A DNA stretch of 64,000 nucleotides from Octopus sinensis (lineage: Eukaryota): the NCBI RefSeq assembly GCF_006345805.1, contig NC_043007.1, positions 31,000,001 to 31,064,000 on the forward strand, written 5' to 3'. The translations under genes were made by a program, and so were the position numbers. The notes under the pieces are model-generated. The model ran no database searches, had not been told where the DNA came from, and saw only the letters and a list, made by a program, of their open reading frames with translations. Shown piece after piece: positions 59,553 to 64,000 of this stretch. The stretch's first letter is position 1, and each line of letters opens with the position of its first letter.

Positions 59553-62310
59553 GTAAGACAATCTTTTTTGTTGTTGATGTCTTAAGGATGTAGAAATTTC
59601 AAGAAAATTCTCTTTTGGAATGGTGAAACTTGAAGTAGATCAAGCTAGGGTCTTTAACCCCATATTTACACACTGTTAGATGTTCATTTATTCTTTTACT
59701 TGTTTCAGTCATTAGACTGTGGCCATGCTGGAGCACCACCTTAAAGAGTTTTGGTTGAAGAAATCGACCGCAGGACTTATTCTTTGTAAGCCTGGTACTT
59801 ATTCTATCGGTCTCTATTGCTGAACCACTAAGTTACAGGGACATAAACACACCAGCATTGGTTGTCAAACAATGGCAGGGGAACAAGTACACACACACAC
59901 ACACACACATGCGCGTGCACGCTCAACAGGCTTCTTTCAGTTTCTGTCTACCAAATCCACTTACATGGCTTTGGTCATCCCAAGGCTATAATAGAAGACA
60001 CTTGCCCAAGGTGCAGTGGGACTGAACCCGGAAGCTTGTGGTTGGGAAGCAAGCTTGTTACCACACAGCCACGCCTAGCTTTTTCTACTTCGAGTCTCAT
60101 CATTCCAAAAAAAGAATTATTCTTTCTTAGGTTTATGTAAATTTTGCATTTTGGTAGATAAAATTAATTTTTTTGTTTTCATGTAAACATGAAGTCTGAG
60201 ATTTATAAAGAAAGGGAATATAAAATATTATTACATCTCTAGATATGCTGCTCCATTAAATTCTTTGTCTCACTAATTCCAGCTAGCTATAATTCCATAG
60301 GATTTGTTATGTGGTCAATAAGGGAAGCAGAAGGATTCTAAACACAGCTCCATTTACTAAACTTAGCATTTGTGTGTAAACCCAGAGTGCTCCAAGAAGT
60401 GCTAAGACAAATTGAAGCAAGAGCTCTTCCAGGCTCAAATAAATCAGCAGAAATGGTAAAACGTCATATTAAAACAGAGGGGCATCAAAAATTTTTTTAA
60501 AAACTGAGGCTGCTGATTAAATGGAAAAGAATTAAGCAGAAGAGATGGGGCAATGGAAACGACACAGGGACCCAGAGAGTGTTAACCACTGATCAAATTT
60601 TACTCTGTATAAAACACCATCGGAGAATGTTATCCCTATTGTCTCCAAAACCAAGAATGACATCATCATCATCACTGTTGTCATCATCATCATCATCATC
60701 TTATATGTCAATATTAAAATGTGTTTTTAAATGAATGTTAATATTGACATAGTTTCATTATCTTAACATCACACATTATTTATGCTCTTTAAGTATTTTT
60801 ATCACCTTCAAAAATATCCTCTTTACAATTGTGATCAAGTATTTACCTTTTATATATATATATCAAGAAAAAAGAAGGCAGTCAGAATTTTGGATAATTC
60901 TTTATTATTAGCTAGCTCTTTCGTTTGTCTAAACGAACTCTTCAAGATGAGAATTAAAATCAAAATGATAATGAAAACAGAGCATTTCCTTGTTCTGTTA
61001 TGTAATTAATAGTTATTAATAAGGAATTATCAAACTGGGGGAAATACTTCTCGAGCTTTCTGTTAATACAAAAACACCTGGCTAACAAAATGTTTTCAGA
61101 TTAGCATAGAACTCCAGGTAATCCTCAGGCAAAATCTGAAGTGTTCATATTGTAAATCCATGGCTACATTCCCCAGTTAATATGGCCTTTTTCACAGAAA
61201 AAAAAGCATAAATAATGGGCTTTACGTATTTCTTTATCTGTGCACCTTTGACTTACAGTTGTTTCTGCTATACATTAAAGGTGAGCTCATGGTTCTGTTT
61301 ACTCAAATGGTCGATTGATCAATTGAAAAAATTGAATGACGATAACAAATATTATCATCATCAGAGTCTGTACACAGAATATGTGTATGCATGTATACAT
61401 GTATGTATGTTCCCGGGGGTGACAAGTTCAAAAGAAGTTTTTTGCATTCATTTTCTTATTTTCCATTAATAATGGCCCTCGTGTCCGGTGGCACGTAAAA
61501 AGCACCCACTACACTCTCGGAGTGGTTGGTGTTAGGAAGGGCAACAAGCTGTAGAAACTCTGCCAGATCAGATTGCAGCCTGGTGCAGCCATCTGGTTCG
61601 CCAGTCCTCAGTCAAATCGTCCAACCCACGCCCTTCCTAATGCCAGAATTTGTATTTGATATGTTAGCCTCTTACATTCATAACTCATATTATGTATCTG
61701 GACAGAAAAAACAAAAAACAAAAAACAAAACCTTTTCTAATTAATTTAGGTCATGTTTTTCACTCTATGAGAAAATATCTATGATTTTTAATTTCAAAAT
61801 TTTAATAGTTATATTCTCTGAAATGTTAGCGGTATTTTTATATAGCATTGCAAATTGAAACCAATACTTCAATTGTTGAATAAACGTTTTGGTAAATTTG
61901 AAGCATGGCACAAGCCCTTGACCTATTTTAATATGCTTAGTGTTACATTTTCATTCATCTCTTCATAACAAGTATTCAATGGTTTTCTGGATCATGGTTG
62001 TTAATCAATCATTACGTTCATTCTTCTTTGTTATACATATTAAGGTCAACAGGTGTAGTTTTCTGAAATTCTTTTCTGGTTTCATGGGACTTTTTCATTG
62101 CAGTTCTGCAATCTATTGAGGCATTAGTACAGTATCCTTCATCATACGGCAAAGCATTGTATATATCCATCTACCCTGAAGTCTCTATTATGTGCTGTAA
62201 GTGTACTGTGCATTGTAAGGCAGAGCTACGTACAATTGTTAAAGTATTGTCGTTTGTGTTCTGACTTTTATGTTCTGCAGCTGAATTCTCTTCTAAGACC
62301 GGCTTTGCTT

Positions 62311-62466
62311 TTAATCTCATGGGTTGATAACAAGATTTAATCTCATGGGTTGATAACAAGATTTAATCTCATGGGTTGATAACAAGATTTAATCTCATGG
62401 GTTGATAACAAGATTTAATCTCATGGGTTGATAACAAGATTTAATCTCATGGGTTGATAGCAAAAT
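62311..62466. repeat. 26-bp tandem repeat, 6 copies (TTAATCTCATGGGTTGATAACAAGAT)
   Basis: Five perfect copies plus one degenerate copy. Confidence 0.95.
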
Positions 62467-62639
62467 TTCCAGAAAGCTATACCAGTCACTGGACTGAACA
62501 TCACTACAGAGTACCAAACATCCCATCTTGTCCTTCCAGACTAAGGAGCCAATGCTGTAACAGCTTGGGCTTCAAAAGCCCACAACTTTTCAAGACCTTG
62601 CCAAAAAGCTTCAGAGATATATGAGGAGTAGATGTGTAT

Positions 62640-62812
62640 GCACTAGTGTGGCCAGAGTTTGTGCCACCTGGGGTGGCCCTTCATTCTGTCATCTCTGGGC
62701 CCCCACAAAGAATGCATATTACCTACAGGAGACCCAAAAGTGGTCCTGGCCCCATAAGAGTGCCACACGGGGCAGACTGCCCCTCCCCCCTCCTCTGGCT
62801 ATGCTAGTATGT
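62640..62812. mobile_element. Possible GC-rich MITE with decayed terminal inverted repeats
   Basis: CACTAGTGTGGCCAGAG ... CTCTGGCTATGCTAGT; a similar end CTAGCTATGCCACTG occurs near 8340-8355. Confidence 0.35.
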
Positions 62813-64000
62813 GAATGTGCTCAAAGAACAATTAGACAAATCTTCAACTGAGATACCAGATGAACCCTCATCACAGCAAGAAATGCAAAGAAGGGCGGCT
62901 TTGTCTAACTCACTACTTTGCCAGGACTGATTCTAGAGATGGTCAGAAAACGAGTCTAAGATAAACCAGCAAATGGCAGTGCCCCAGCATGGCCACAGTT
63001 TTTGGCTGAAACCAATAAAAGAATTCCAGTCAAGTACTAGTGTCAATTTAATCAAATACAAATTGAGAGCTGGAGTTCCTAAGATAGCCAAACATTGTCT
63101 TCAACTTGGTTCAGGCAATTCCCTCGTAGACACCTTGTTACATGGTCAATTGTTAATCTTCCACACATCCTTTCCCCGGTCAGTACCTTGGAAAGAACTA
63201 TCCACTGCCCACCTCACTGTATTCTTCCAACATAGACTGAAGCAAGACTTTCCAGGTGTAAGTCTGGGGTCTCACAAGACAATCAGATGCCAAAGGAGAA
63301 GAACTACCATTGCAAACACAATACCTTCACCAGGGATCCAGTTCAGTACTAGAGATGGAATGCAAACTGTTGACCCTCCTCTTCAATACATTGTCATTTT
63401 ACTATATATTTCTTTATTGCCCACAAGGGGCTAAGCACAGAGGGGACAAACAAGACAGACAAACGGATTAAATCGATTACATCGACCCCAGTGCGAAACT
63501 GGTACTTTATTTATCAACCCTGAAAGGATGAAAGGCAAAGTCGACCTCGGTGGAATTTGAACTCAGAACGTAACGACAGACGAAACACTGCTAAGCATTT
63601 CGCCACCGTCACTTTACTAATATATTGACTACTCTCTCATTCTATCAATGTCCTCGCCTGCTATCCTTATAGAAGTTGAAATCTTTCCAAATCTCTCCAT
63701 CTTAACAGTATTAAGTCACTTTGGAAGTGATAGGGAAAGATGTCTTACAGTTAGCTGGATGTACTGAAGCAGATCAACCAGTTAACATCAAAGATTGCTC
63801 TGGAAAAGTTGTGATAGTGGAGAGATCTTGTCTGTTTTATCTGTCACTTGTGTCAGTCATTGGACTGCGGCCACGCTGAGGTTCTGTCTGGAAGGGTTTT
63901 ACTCAAACAAATCCACCCCAACACCCAGTACTGGTACTTATTCTATCAGTCTCTTTTGTTGAACTGCTATTTTAGAGGAACATAAACAAACCAACACCAA

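Noticed and set aside
61100-61117. Possible 18-nt micro-exon (ttttcag ATTAGCATAGAACTCCAG gtaatc; ISIELQ)
   Set aside because: Splice signals and phase fit, but it is too short to support without RNA data and does not clearly match the start of the PX domain.
62973-63434. 153-aa + strand ORF
   Set aside because: It starts in a SINE B tail and ends in a SINE C copy, with no recognisable domain or splice support.

Overview
AT-rich eukaryotic (animal) genomic DNA. The repeat families and gene structure suggest a coleoid cephalopod, probably Octopus; this is an inference from pattern recognition, not a search. The window lies inside one + strand multi-exon gene, a kinesin-3 of the KIF16B/Klp98A type. 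I could chain 30 GT-AG exons (5006-59552, 3672 nt, 1224 codons, phases consistent throughout) covering most of the motor domain, neck coil, FHA domain and a long coiled-coil stalk. The start exon(s) and the PX domain are not seen and probably lie outside the window. The introns are dense with mobile DNA: at least three tRNA-headed SINE families, a (GAT)n-tailed retroposon end, a nearly full-length CR1-type LINE (30.2-34.4 kb, minus strand) plus three CR1 3' fragments, RTE and mariner fragments, TTAA-flanked piggyBac-like MITEs, Helitron/Helentron-like elements and a Penelope-like GIY-YIG remnant. The most notable observations are: (1) a type I hammerhead-ribozyme fold at 6142-6206 directly behind the Penelope remnant; (2) a 6.7 kb array of ~101 x 66 bp hairpin units that is the amplified head of the (GAT)n-tailed retroposon and explains the three spurious 2200-aa ORFs; (3) a CR1 with a PHD/poly-Q ORF1 whose ORF2 seems broken only by small frameshifts; (4) a genomic Asn in the normally PYRDS kinesin-3 motif, which A-to-I editing could restore to Asp. 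No CRISPR, rRNA or prokaryotic features are present.
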